A stretch of 64,000 nt of DNA. It comes from Malacoraja senta. Its lineage: Eukaryota. This document shows positions 12,760 to 25,214 of the stretch, piece by piece. The notes under the pieces were generated by a model. That model did no database searches, was not told the origin of the DNA, and saw only the letters and a list, made by a program, of their open reading frames with translations. The position numbers and the translations under genes are program-made. Location of the stretch: contig CM075988.1 in assembly GCA_038087875.1 (NCBI GenBank), positions 1,860,001-1,924,000 on the forward strand, in the 5' to 3' direction. Numbering within the stretch: the first letter of the stretch is position 1; every line of letters starts with the position of its first letter.

Positions 12760-13414
12760 ATCAGTAAGAACGGTGAGCACAAGAGGGATGATCATCCCAA
12801 TGTCCACACATTGACAACCTCACCCTATTTACTGGGACTAATGCTGCTCCATCAGCAGTCAGGAACACCATTCAGGACACAGCACAGACTTGGTTTGCAA
12901 CACTCTCCACCACCGTAACCACCTTCCCTCACAGCGACTACACAATACCCCATCCACAAACTGCATCTCTGCAAGGTTTCAGCAGCAGCTGCCGATCTTT
13001 CTCAATCCCACCAATAGAGGGAGCTAGTAACCAATGCAAAGCATCACTGAAAGAGCCCAGGAATATTCCAAATTAGGCACAAGGAACTGCAGGTGACGGA
13101 ACCTTGTGTAGAACACAAAGTGCTGGAGTAACTCAGCGAGTCAGACAGCATCTGAAGAAGGGCCCCAATCCAAAACATCATCTATCCATTACCTCCAGAA
13201 ATGCTGCCTGACCCGCTTAATTACACCAGCGCTTTATGTTTTATGCAAAATTATAGGTTTAGTTTGGCGTTTATCTGAATTTGATATTGCTGATAAATCT
13301 GTTTCCAAATGATCACCCCAGATCATTACACACAGATTCATAGAGTCATGCAGGGCAGAAACAGGTCCTTCAGCCCAACTCCTCCATGCTGACCAAGATG
13401 CCTCATCTAAGCAT

Positions 13415-14705
13415 ACACTGGCCCTATCCCCGAACTCTGTCTCTGTTACATTGAAAACTGCATCAGTGCTACCTCCTGCACCCATGCAGAACTCATGGAC
13501 TTCATCAACCTCACCGCCAATTTTCATCCTGCACTCAAATTTACTTGGACCATCTCTGACAGCTCCTTGCCCTTTCTTGATCTCACAGCCTTCATCACAA
13601 ATAGACTATTGACTGACGTCTATTACAAATCCACTGACTCCCACAACTATCTCGACTACACTTCTTCCCACCCTGCTTCCTACAAAGACTCTATCTCCTA
13701 CTCCCAATTCCTCCGTCTATGCCGCATCTGCGCCCAAGATGAGGAGTTCCATACTAGAACATCCGAGATGTCCTCGTTCTTTGGGAACGGGGGTTTCCCT
13801 CTCCCATCATAAATGAGGGCCTCACTCGTATCTCCTCACAGCTCCGCCCTTGCTCCCCCACCCCATAGTCGCAACAGAGACAGAGTCCCCCTAGTCCTTA
13901 CCTTCTACCAAATTAGCTGTCGCATACAACACATAATCATCTGAAATTTCCGCCACCTCCAACGGGATCCCACCACTCGCCACATTTTCCCATCTCCACC
14001 CCTTTTCGCCTTCCTCAGAGACCGTTCCTTCCTCAACTCCCACCCAAACCGCCCCCTCCCCAGGTACCTTCCCCTGCAACTGCAGAAGATGCAATACCTG
14101 TCCCTGTACCTCCTCCCTCGACTGTGTCCAGGGACCCCGACAGTCCTTTCAGGTTAGGCAGAAGTTCACTTGCACCTCGTCCAACCTCATGTACTGTAAC
14201 CTTTGTTCAAGATGTGGACTCTTATGCATCGGCGAGACCAAACGCAGACTGGGCGATCGTTTCGCTGACACCTTTGCTCAGCCCTCGAGAACCAACCTGA
14301 CCTCCCGATTGCTAAACACTTTAATTCTCCTTTCCATTCCTACACAGACCTTTCTGTCCTCGGTCTTGGAGGAACAGCAACTCATATTTTGCTTGGGCAG
14401 CTTACAGCCCAATGGTATGAGTTGTGATTTCTCTTCAGGTAGCCCCGGCATTCCCTCTCTCTCTATCCCTTCCCCACCCAAATCGCACTAGCTTCTCATT
14501 TTCACCCAACATTCATTGTTCTTTATCTCTCCACATCACCGTCTATATCTCTCGTTTCCCTAATCCCTAACCAGTCTGAAGAAGGGTCTCGACCCGAAAC
14601 ATCACCCATTCCTTCTCTCCAGAGATGATGCCTGTCCCGCTGAGTTACTCCAGCTTTTTGTGTCTATCTTCGGTTTAAACCAGCATCTGCAGTTCTTTCT
14701 TACAC
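13415..14705 (+). mobile_element. Penelope-like element: RT C-terminal half, GIY-YIG endonuclease and 3' terminal repeat (pseudogenised)
   Basis: FHPALKFTWTISDSSLPFLDL..YYKSTDSHNYLDYTSSHP..YSQFLRLCRIC (13495-13812); YCNLCSRCGLLCIGETKRRLGDRF (from 14189); hammerhead-like core at ~14576-14603. Confidence 0.88.
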
Positions 14706-15575
14706 ATGCCTCGTCTAAGCTTGTCCCTTTTGCCTGCCTTTGGCCCATATTTCTTGAAATCATTCCTATCCATGTATCTGTCCATATGTTTTTTAAATGT
14801 TCTTCTTGTACCTGCCTCAACTAATTCCTCCATATACCCACCACCCACTGAGTGAAAAAGTTGCCACTCAGGTTTCCATTAAATCGTTCCCCTCTCACCT
14901 GAACCCATGTCCACTGGTTCTTGATTCCCCTACTCCGGGTAAAAGAATCTGTGCATTCACCCCTCATGATTTTAAACACCTCTATAAGATCACCCTTCAT
15001 TCTGCTCTCTAAGGAACAAAGGCCTAGCCTATCCAACCTCTCATTTTTAGTTTAGTTTAGTTTAGAGATACAGCGTGGAAACAGGCCCTTCGGCCCACCG
15101 AGACCTCACCGACCAGCGATCCCCGCACATTAACACTATCCTTATACACACTAGGGACAACTTACACTTATATCGCCAATTAACCTAGAAACCTGTTTAA
15201 GAAAGAACTGCAGATGCTGGAAAAATCGAAGGTAGACAAAAAAGCTGGAGAAACTCAGCGGGTGAGGCAGCATTCTCATGAAGATCTTGAAGAAAACCCA
15301 TGGAGGTCATGGGGAGAACGTACAAACTCCAAAACAGACAGCACCCATAGTCGGGATCGAACCCGAGTCTCTGGCGCTGCAAGGCAACAACTCTACCGCC
15401 GCGCCACTGTGCCACCCTAGCTCTGACACGTTTTCTTTAGCATGACCAAAACTGAACACAATACTCCAAGTATGGCCTCACCAGGTCTTGTATAACTAAC
15501 ATAACGTCACAACTTCTATACTCAATACCCTGACTGATGAAGGCCAATGTGTCAAAAGCCTTCTTCACCACCCTG
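14706..15575 (-). mobile_element. CR1 3' fragment split by an HE1 SINE (~15045-15417) that itself holds a Penelope-end fragment (~15196-15275)
   Basis: DRLGLCSLESRMKGDLIEVFKIMRG..NFFTQWVVGIW; SINE (GTTTA)n tail and GGATCGAACCC B-box. Confidence 0.75.
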
Positions 15576-17024
15576 TTTATCTGTGACATCCACCCACAGT
15601 AGAGTTCAATGAAAGCTCCTCTTCAGAGAACATCAGAGTCTGAGGCAAAAGCAGAAAATACTGGAAACACTCAATAGGCCAGGCTGCATCTGTGGGAAAA
15701 GATACGGAGATAACGTTTCTGGTAGAAGATCCGTTGTCAGAACTGGAAAGGAGACAATAGAAGCGTAAAGCTGCAGGGAGGGTGGGGTGGGGAGAGGAGG
15801 TGTTTCTGATCGATTGGAACAGGGGTTGATCATGGGGATAAGCTGCAAACAAGGTTATCTGGAACATGAGTGAATGTGAACACTTAGAGAGAGAACGACA
15901 CGAGTGGGACTTGAGAGACTGTAGATGCTGGAATCATGAGCCAAAACTAGTGCTGGAGGAACTCAGCGGGTCAGGCAGCACATGTGGTTAAACGATGTTT
16001 CGCAATCCGAAACACCACCTGTACATCCCATCCACAGATGCTCCTTGATCCGCTGAGTTCCTTCAACGCTTTGTGCTTTGAACTGGAAAAAAGAACCGGG
16101 ATCAAAGAATGTGGAGTTGCAAAATAGAACGGAGGATTGGCCCAGAAGTTTAGTTTGGTTTATTGTACTATTGTCACGTGTATTGGGGCAGTGAAAAGTT
16201 ATTTTGTTCAGAAGGTCAGGATGAGCTAGTCCACCACCCCCAGAGAGAGCAAGGGAACAAGCTGAGGCAATGTTATAGATGGGCGACTGATGCAGATCCA
16301 GATATCTACTTACCTGAAAGTGTAGAATTCACCATTGTGTCCAGAAGGCTGCACCGTGCCCAGGCAGAAGGTGAGGTGTTGTTCCTCGTGCTTGTGTTGG
16401 GCCTGGCTCGGACAGTGCAGGATGGTACAGATCGATGGGTCAGAGTGGGGGTGGGATGGGGAACTAAGGTGGCAGCAATAGCAAGCGCAGCCTCATTCCT
16501 CTGGGCTGATCATGGGTATGCCATGCACCTGTTCACAATATTCAGCATTTTCCGCTTTTGTTTTAGATTTTTAGCATCTGCATATTTTGAATTTTCATCG
16601 GTGTCTGCGGAAGATGTACCCCAGAGAGTGACACTGCCTGTATGCATGAGATTGGTGTCTGTGGAATCAAGAATCAACAGTGGGGATGCTGCATTTTCCC
16701 GGTGAGGTTGTTTAGCAGCTGGTTGATGGTACACGGTCTGTTTTGTGAGTTTGGTGTCAGCATTGTGAATGACATACCCAACCCAGAGTGGCCCGAGAGT
16801 GGTTCGTGTCCCAGTGTTGGCAATGATGGCCTGCGGGAGGAAACAGACTTGCAATGATGACTGCGAAACCTGTCTTCTGGTGTTAAATATTGGCAAAGAT
16901 ACCAGCCTGAAGCTGTGACATGGGAGCAATCCAGGGGCGGCAGTTACGAGTTTGTACGTTCTGCCCGTGGGTTTTCTCTTGGGTTTCCTCCCGCATTCCA
17001 AAAAATGTAAAGGTTTGTGGGTTA

Positions 17025-17730
17025 GACACAAAATGCTGGAGTAACCCAATGGGACAGGCAGTATCTCTGGAGAGAAGGAATGGGTGACGTTTCAGGTCGA
17101 GTCCCTTTTTCAGACTGAGAGTCAGGGGAGAGGGAGTGTGTGAAAACAAGGCATCAAAAGAGATGAAGTTAAAGGAAAATATAGAATAGATGCTTGTTAG
17201 CAAGGGGAACCTGACAATAAAGCAAATAGAAATAAAATGTAGTCGGAGACAGTCGGATTGATTGGAGAACTGGGAAAGGGAGAGGAGGAGAGAGAGGGAA
17301 AGCAAGGGTTACTTGAAGTTAGAGAAGTCAATATTCATACCGCTAGGGTGTAAGCTGCCCAAGCGAAATATAAAGCGCTGGGCCTCACTCTAACAATGGG
17401 GGAGACCCAGGACAAAATTGGTCCCTTCCTACACAAACCACCCCCTCACCAGGTACTTTCCTCTGCAACCGCAGGTGATGCAACGCTTGTCCCTATACAT
17501 CCTTCCTCGACTCTGTCAAAACCGTTTTTTCAGGTGAGGCAGAGGTTCATTTGCGCCTCCTCCAACCACATCTATTGTATCCGCTGTTCCAGTGGGATAT
17601 GTCAGCAAGGCCAAGCGCAGGCTCGGCGATCATTTTGCTGAACACCTCCGCCCGGTCTGACTACGCCTACCTGATCTGCCGGTTGTTCAACACTTTAATC
17701 CCCCTCCCATTCCCACACTGACCTTTCTGT
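17025..17730. mobile_element. Penelope 3' fragments in inverted arrangement (minus ~17025-17400, plus ~17420-17730)
   Basis: Reverse hammerhead-like core 17083-17115; plus-strand FQVRQRFICASSNHIYCIRCS resembles 14150-14350. Confidence 0.7.
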
Positions 17731-18644
17731 CCCTGCACACTAACACTATCCTACACACCATGGACAATTTAGAATATTTACTAAAGCCAATTAACCTACA
17801 AACATGTACGTCATTGGAGTGTGGGAGGAATCCAGGACACCTGGAGAAAACCCATGCAGTCACAGGAGGAACGTACAAACTCCATGCAGACAGGACCCAT
17901 ACTCAGGATCGAACCCGGGTCCCTGGCGCTGTAAGGCAGCAACTCTACTGCTGCGCACTGTGCTGCCTGTAGACCAGGCACTTTGTTGATGACATGCCAG
18001 CCATGGTATGTTGGTAAATGGAATGAGTGTTTAGGGTGAGGGAAGTGTTGGCAGAAAAACAAACTGCTTTGTACAGGATGGGGTTGACTATCTGGAGTTG
18101 TTGGAATGCCATGAAGACAGAGTTTATTCCATTGTACATATGGCTTGTGTATGTCAGAAATGGCAAGTGTTATGGGGTGGCAGTAAGTGAGTCACTGAAT
18201 ATAAGGTAGCCAGCCTCTGACCCGCTCTTGTAGCTGTGGAATTTAAGTGGGTGGTCCAGCAGAATACTGGTCCTTAGTGACATTTAAAGTATTGATGGGC
18301 TATGGGAGGATGTATGTGTGTGGGTAGACTCAGTGATGGTCATACCATTGGATGACAAGGATGGGTGGTTAGAGTTTGTAATTGGTTCTGAGCTTTAACC
18401 TGAATGTTGTCACATTGAGGTCTGGACCAGTTGCATTTCAGACAATTTGCCGATGGTATTGAGACTAATTGGCAAACATCCCCACTTCTAACTGTATGAT
18501 GGGAAGAAGGCCGCTGATGACATACCTGATTTACAACATTGAAGAGGAACATGAGCAGGCAGGGTGGGGGGGGGGGGGGGGGTTGTTATGGATCACGTGC
18601 AGGCAGAAGGGATTAGTTTAACTTGTAATCTTGGTCGATACAGG

Positions 18645-18913
18645 CATCGTGGTCCCCAGTGATGGTCAGTGTGTGTGGGACCTAAACCCCAGTGAGGGTC
18701 AGTGTGTGTGGGACCGATCCCCCAGTGCTGGTCAGTGTGTGTGTGTGTGTGTGGGATGGATCCCCCAGTGATGGTCAGTGTGTGTGTGTGTGTGTGGGAC
18801 CGATCCACCAGTGATGGTCAGTGTGTGTGGGACCGATCCCCCAGTGCGGGTCAGTGTGTGTGGGACCGATCCCCCAGTGCGGGTCAGTGTGTGTTGGACC
18901 CGTCCCCCCAGTG
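18645..18913. repeat. Minisatellite with ~32-bp unit GGGACCGATCCCCCAGTGCTGGTCAGTGTGTGT and variable (GT)n
   Basis: About seven tandem units; explains the THTD.HWG ORFs. Confidence 0.9.
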
Positions 18914-20564
18914 AGCATCTGATACTTTACTATTTCGCCTTGTTCAGTCCTGTGGGAAATGTGAACTTCTACGACATTCGTGGAATAAACCAGAAAATGC
19001 TGGAGGTTTCCAAGCACGGATTGCTGCATCTTTGCCTTTTGTGATCTCTGCCCAATATCTGGTGTTTACCAGTCCCACAATCAGCTGAAGCTGTAACACA
19101 ACGTGTTACTGAATGAGGCGATTGTGCAGTTTCCGACTTCACTGACTGATTGCACAATATTGGGAAGCTGCTGAAGTTCTTGACGTGTTCGACACCAAGT
19201 GTCAGCGATTCCCGCATACCCAGAGGCAGTGAGTGTGGAAAGATTGTTCTGTTTTTATCATTGAGATTTAACATCTTGTGGTATTTTCTCCTTTTAAAAA
19301 CAAGTACTGACAACCTCCACTTCCCATCCAGGAGATGTTTCTCTGAGCCATGAGCTCGATGTTGAGCGCAGCTGCTCCCTCAATGCCCTGATTCTGGTTA
19401 GATTAGTTTGGAGATACAGCATGGAAACAGGCACTTCGGCTTAGGAAGTTGAATGTAAAGGAAGAGTATACAGTTATAAAGCTGTGTGGAGTCGGGAAAG
19501 CCGCTGTGTGGAGTCAGGAGGTGCTGTGTGGTGCCGTGGCTGGTGCCTGCTGAGTGGGGTCCCTCCATCCACACACCCCCCTTCCTCCTCCCCCCTTCCT
19601 CTTCCCCCTCCCCCCCACACCCCCCTTCCGCCTTCCCCCTCCCCCCCACACCACCTCACCAACGGGTCCCACTGAGTCTAGTGTAATAAATAAACAGCAA
19701 TAATCCAATGCCGACACATGTTGCCATCAGTTATGGCTTTTTGTATACAGTGCCCTCCATAATGTTTGGGACAAAGACACATCATTTATACATTTGCCTC
19801 TATACTCCACAATTTGAGATTTGTAATAGAAAAAAAATCACATGTGGTTAAATTGTCAAATTTTAATAAAGGCTATTTTTATACATTTTGGTTTAGCCAT
19901 GTGAAAATTACAGCAGTGTTTATACATAGCCCCCCCCCCCCCCCAATTTCAGGGCACCATAATGTTTGGGACACAGCAATGTCATGTAAATGATAGTAGT
20001 CATGTTTAGTATTTTTAGTATTTTGTTACATGTCCTTTGCATGCTTGAAGTCTGTGATTCATGGACATGACCAGTTGCTGGGTGACTTTTCTCGTGATGC
20101 TCTGCCAGGCCTGTATTCACAATAATCACAATCACAATATTACCTTATTAGCCAAATATGTTTTGCAACATACGAGGAATTTCATTTGCCAAGTTAGTCA
20201 TACAAATAAAAAGCAACGGAACACACAAAACACATTTTAAGTGTGTAAAGAAAGCTTTTGGTGTGCTGGCCTTTATAAATCAGAGCATTGAATATAGAAG
20301 TTGTGATGTAATGTTAAAATTGTACAAGGCATTGGTGAGGCCAATTCTGGAGTATGGAGTACAATTTTACTTCGGAGTCACGTGAAGAACCCGTCCAGCA
20401 CGCATGCGCGACATTAGCGTTCACGCAGTGCAACAGCGACGAACGGGAGTACAGGCGCTCCCGCTACAAGTTTAAAAAGCGGACCATCAGGTAAGTACTT
20501 ACTCTGAGGTCGTATTCAAGAAGCTTTGCTCTCCTTTGTCAATTCCAGGAAGAAGCTGGAGAAA

Positions 20565-22448
20565 ATGAGCAAAGCACGGCAAGGGAAAAAGACCGCCCCC
20601 CCGTTCGACTCCAACAGAACGGGAGTGTCCCATCAGTGGGGGGCGAGAGGCGGCACCTGGACCGCACATGCTGCAGTCCACAATCATTGAGACCGAGCCG
20701 AGCCCAGTACCGCTAGCGCAGCCTGACCAACAGCAGCGGGCTGGAGGCAAATCAAGACAAAAAACTAACCGGACGGTTATTTCTGATTCCAATGAGGAGA
20801 ACTCTCCGCCTGAGAGCGGCAGAGGTAGCCGCCTGAGCCGCATGGAAAGGCTCATGGAGCAAATGCTCCAGCGAGACTTGCTTTGGGAGCTGGAGCAGTC
20901 TCGCCAAGGGAACTCAGGCACTCCCACATCAGTGCCCTACAATGCACTGGCCATCGCTTCTCCCTCAGCCGAGGGCAGCGTTGGCGACCAGGGCTGGGCT
21001 GGTCAGGAACAGGGGTCATTGGCTGAAGGTATCGGGAGTACGCTTGGGGTACAGGATCAGGAAGAGCTGCTGGGTGTGGTGAATCGCTATGTGGTTACAC
21101 CACGAGCAGGGCGGCCGTTGCAGCCAAAACTGGCGGCCAGCATTAACCACCTGTCCCTCAAACCCCTCCAAGAACAGGTAGTCAATGAGGCACTGGAACT
21201 CTATTCGCCTCCGGAAAACTGCAGTTCCCTCAACGTGCCGGCCGTTAACAGCGAAATCTGGGGGTATGGAGCAGGTCTCCATAAAGCAGGTCTCCCCACT
21301 ACACACCTACGAACTTTTTATAGGGGGACAATCGAGAGCACATTAACCTACGGCATCACTTCCTGGTTCGGGAGCTGCAAGGCGTACGAACGGCACCAAC
21401 TAGACAGGATTGTGAAGACCGCCAGCAGGATTATTGGTGCTCCACTCCCTTTCCTGCTGGACATATACAGGAAGAGATGTATCAGCAGAGCCATCTCCAT
21501 CATCAAAGACCCCTACCACCCATCGCATCACATATTCTCCATCCTGCCATCTGGGAAGAGGTACAGGAGCATTAGGTGCAAAACCAGCAGGATGCTCCTC
21601 AGCTTCTTCCCGCAGGTTATAAGACTGATAAATGGACTTTGCCCCCTGCCAAAGTATCGTGTACCAACCACCAACCTGGACACACGGCATCAGAGCCACT
21701 GTCGTGCCGCTGCCGATCGGAACGCCTGTTGATGTTTAGTAGAGAGTAGAGTGTTAATTTGTTCATGATATATGTATTTTTACTTCTATTTATTTTTTAC
21801 TGCACACTGAAATGGACACTGGTTGAGGAACGTTTTTTTGTTTCCTCTGGGTATGTGAATACTCAGGAAATGACAATAAAGATATACAATGTTGGACAGA
21901 GTATCCAGAACCAGGAGCTAAAATTACAACGTATCCTCAAGCTCCTGACGACAGGGATAACATCCTATGCTCGTTCCGTGGATGGAGTGGATATGACCAC
22001 CAATCAGCAAGACACTCTGGCTCTGCTGTGTAACACTCAATATGAGATCAACAACCTCCGCAAGGAGATAATAAGACCTGCCCTCAATACCAAATATGCA
22101 GGACTGTGTAAAACACCGGCCTCAGAGCCACAGATCCTGTTATTTGGAAATGACTTGACAAAACAAGTGAAAGACCTGGAGGAAGAGGCCAAAGCATTTG
22201 GTCTCATGAGGGCAGGCCCCGGAACGAGCAGACCCACACAACCCAGACGGCAGTACCCCACCGCGTCCACCAGTCGACGTCAAACTTATCGGACTGGTGA
22301 AAGCTCGGGGTCCGCATACAATCCCCGAAAGCCTTTTTTAGGCCAGGGCCCAGAGCGGACCCCATGGAAAATGCGCCACCCCCAACCAGCAGTACATTCA
22401 GTAGTACAACGACGGATGAAGAAACTGAAGAAAGGAACACTCCCATAA
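20565..22448 (+). pseudogene. DIRS ORF1 (gag-like), interrupted by Rex1 at 21268-21890
   Basis: PPENCSSLNVPAVNSEIWGY rejoins VGQSIQNQELKLQ..LFGNDL in frame once the insert is removed; probable ATG at 20565 with a +1 frameshift in a C7 run. Confidence 0.8.
21268..21890 (+). mobile_element. 5'-truncated Rex1/Babar LINE
   Basis: FYRGTIESTLTYGITSWFG..IIKDPYHPSHHIFSILPSGKRYRS..SFFPQVIRL; TGACAATAAA 3' end. Confidence 0.9.
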
Positions 22449-22450
22449 CT

Positions 22451-23950
22451 ATGGAGGTAGGTGGGTCTGGTTCCTACCAGCATATAAAAAGTGGGGGAAC
22501 TTTACTAACAGGGGGGAGATTACACCTGTTCATTGAAGCATGGAGGTCTGTCACGAATGATAGTTATACACTTAACAGTATTCGTGGATACAAAATAGAG
22601 TTCATTCAAGCAAATATGCCACCAGTTCAGCACGTACCCCAAAGGGTCTTTACCCTCTCAGTCAAAGAAAAACTAGAGGGTCAAGCAGAACTGGTGAGGT
22701 TACTTACAAAGGGTATCATTGAGAAATCCAAACATGAGCCTTTGGAATTTGTCTCAAATATATTTACCAAAAACAAAAAAGATGGTGGATGTCACATCAT
22801 CATTGACTTAACCTCACTAAATACCTTTGTTAAGTATGTACATTTCAAAATGGAAACATTTGTAACTGCCAAACAACTGATTTCCAAAGGATACTTTATG
22901 GCGAGCATTGATTTAAAAGATGCCTACTATTCAGTACCCATTCAAAAGGGTCATCGCAGATACCTGAAATTTACCTGGATGGGGTAACTATGGCAGTTTA
23001 AAGCGTTGCCTAATGGGTTAACATCAGCCCAAGACTATTTACCAAGATATTAAAACCAGCCTTGGCAACATTAACAAAACAGAGACATATTGTCATGGCA
23101 TATCTTGATGATATTCTAATAGTAGGCAAAACAATGGAGTTGGCTAAATCAGCTGTATTAGCTACCAAACAATTGTTTGAAACCCTGGGATTTGTCATAC
23201 ATCCAGATAAATCTAAGTTGACGCCATCCACAACTATGGACTATCTGGGATTTACAATTAACTCAGTCCACATGTCTGTAACGTTGCCAAAACATAAAGC
23301 AGCAGAATTGTCACAGATGTGCAACAATTTAATGGTTAGCAACGACCAACCATCCGACAAGTGGCAAGAGTAATTGGCAAAATGGTAGCAGCATTTCCAG
23401 CTACACAATTTGGACCCCTGCACTATCAAAACCTACAAAGGGCAAAAGTGCAGGCGTTAAAACGACATGCAGGTCACTTTGACCGAACCATGAAATTACC
23501 CATTGAAGCTATATCAGAGTTACAGTGGTGGATAGAGCACATTTGGCATAGTTCCAGCCCTATCATCATCAAAAACCCAACATTAACTATACAAACAGAT
23601 GCCAGTGCTCAAGGCTGGGGAGCAACTAATACCATATCCAGCACAGGTGGTAGATGGACTAACCTAGAATCATCTTTACTACAAACACTGGGCATAAATT
23701 ATTTGGAAATGTTGGGTGCGTTTTATGGTTTAAAAGCATATTCCACGAATATGCACCATCTGCATGTTCGTTTACAAATTGATAATACCACGGTGGTGGC
23801 CTATATTAACCATATGGGCGGAATAAAATCGATATCATGTGACAATTCGGTCAACCAAATCTGGCAATGGTGTGTCGAATGACATATTTGGCTATCAGCA
23901 ACTTACCTACCAGGTAAGCTAAATACAGTGGCAGACACCAGGTCATGCAA
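22451..23950 (+). pseudogene. DIRS reverse transcriptase and RNase H
   Basis: GGRLHLF..W, KKDGG..IIDL, SIDLKDAYYSVPI, YLDD (23101-12), TDAS..GWG, INYLEM, IDNTT; stop at 22985 and frameshifts near 23030, 23340 and 23880. Confidence 0.93.
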
Positions 23951-24382
23951 ATTCAATGATAACACCGAATGGATGTTAAATCCTAGAGCTTTTGCTAAAA
24001 TTACAAAGCAATATGGCACACCAGATATCGATCTCTTTGCATTCAGACTAAATCACCAGGTACCAATGTATGTCGCTTGGGAACCAGACCCTGAGGCAGC
24101 AGCGATAGATGCATTCGCGCTGAACTGGGGAAACTATTTATTTTATGCTTTTCCCCCTTCTGCCTCATCAGTAGGGTACTACGCAAAATACAGATGGACT
24201 CCACTTCAGGTAATTTGATAGTACCCGACTGGCCTACACAGCCATGGTTCCCAGTGGTCCTCGACATGGTCATCGAAACTCCTATGACCTTTCCCAGTAG
24301 CCCAGACTTATTGACTCACCCGGTATCAGGCATAAGTCATCCATGCCATGACAGAATTAACCTACTGGGTTGCAGATTATGA
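23950..24382 (+). pseudogene. DIRS DNA N6-adenine methyltransferase-like (Dam/MT) domain
   Basis: EWMLNP..F..I...GTPDIDLFA.RLN.....Y..W.PDP....IDAF...W....YAFPP, then LIVPDWPTQPWFP after a frameshift. Confidence 0.8.
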
Positions 24383-25214
24383 AAAGACCATTGCTGGGCC
24401 TGGGATTATCTGACAGGACCATCAACACCATAATGAAGGACTGAGCTACAGCGCCATCAACACTGCCAGAAGTGCTCTGTCAGCCTACTTAAAACAAGTA
24501 CCAGGACAACAGGCCATAGGGTCTCACCCGCTGGTGATCAAACTCATGAGAGGTATATTCAACTCCAACCCCCCTAGACCTAGGTACACCCAAATCTGGG
24601 ATGTCAGTGTGGTCCTGACATACCTAAGGGGATGGTCACCAGCCAGGTCTCTCACCCTGGAACAGCTAACCCTGAAAACGGTCATGCTGATGGCACTAGT
24701 CTCAGCACAAAGAGTCCAGTCCCTCCACTTATTGCGACTGGACAACATGGTTATAACACCAGACCAGGTCTCATTCACCATTCAGGAGCTGGTAAAGCAG
24801 AGCAGGCCAGGAACTTCAGGCCTAGTTATGGATTTCCGGGCATACCCACCTGACCCACGGTTGTGTGTCATGACTCACCTACTCACTTACATCAACACAA
24901 CAAGAGATTCCCGAGGGAGAGAAAAAGCCTTATGGGTCAGCCACAAGAAACCTCATGGTCGGGTGTCGAGCCAAACCATCTCAAGATGGCTCAAGCAGGT
25001 ACTGGGAGCTGCTGGAGTAGATACTGACGTATATACATCCCACTCCACCAGGGCAGCATCCACATCGGCGGCTAAAAGGATGGACGTACCACTGGACCAC
25101 ATCCTGGCTACAGCGGGGTGGTCCATGGAGAAAACGTTCCAAACGTTCTACAACAAGCCGCTAGCAGAACCTGTGTTATTTGAAGAAAGAGTTTTAGAAT
25201 CTGCAAATATATAA
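24379..25214 (+). CDS. DIRS tyrosine recombinase (catalytic domain open 24534-25214; N-terminus internally deleted)
   Basis: R (24711, SAQRVQ), HSTR (25041-52), AGW and Y (25149, TFYNKP). Confidence 0.9.

Noticed and set aside
16163..17305. 140-180 aa ORFs as host exons
   Set aside because: They run across antisense Penelope, SINE and old LINE fragments with no coherent domain.
18560..19650. G/C runs as functional G-quadruplex elements (~18563-83, ~19575-19630)
   Set aside because: Simple low-complexity tracts with no supporting context.
20471..20479. TTTAAAAAG as a DIRS TATA box
   Set aside because: Weak match, and its position conflicts with a start near the left end and with the donor at 20491.
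22364..25214. Prophage, retron or DGR-like prokaryotic system (RT + recombinase + Dam), or bacterial contamination
   Set aside because: ITR/ICR structure and domain order match DIRS1, and both junctions are continuous with a host CR1.
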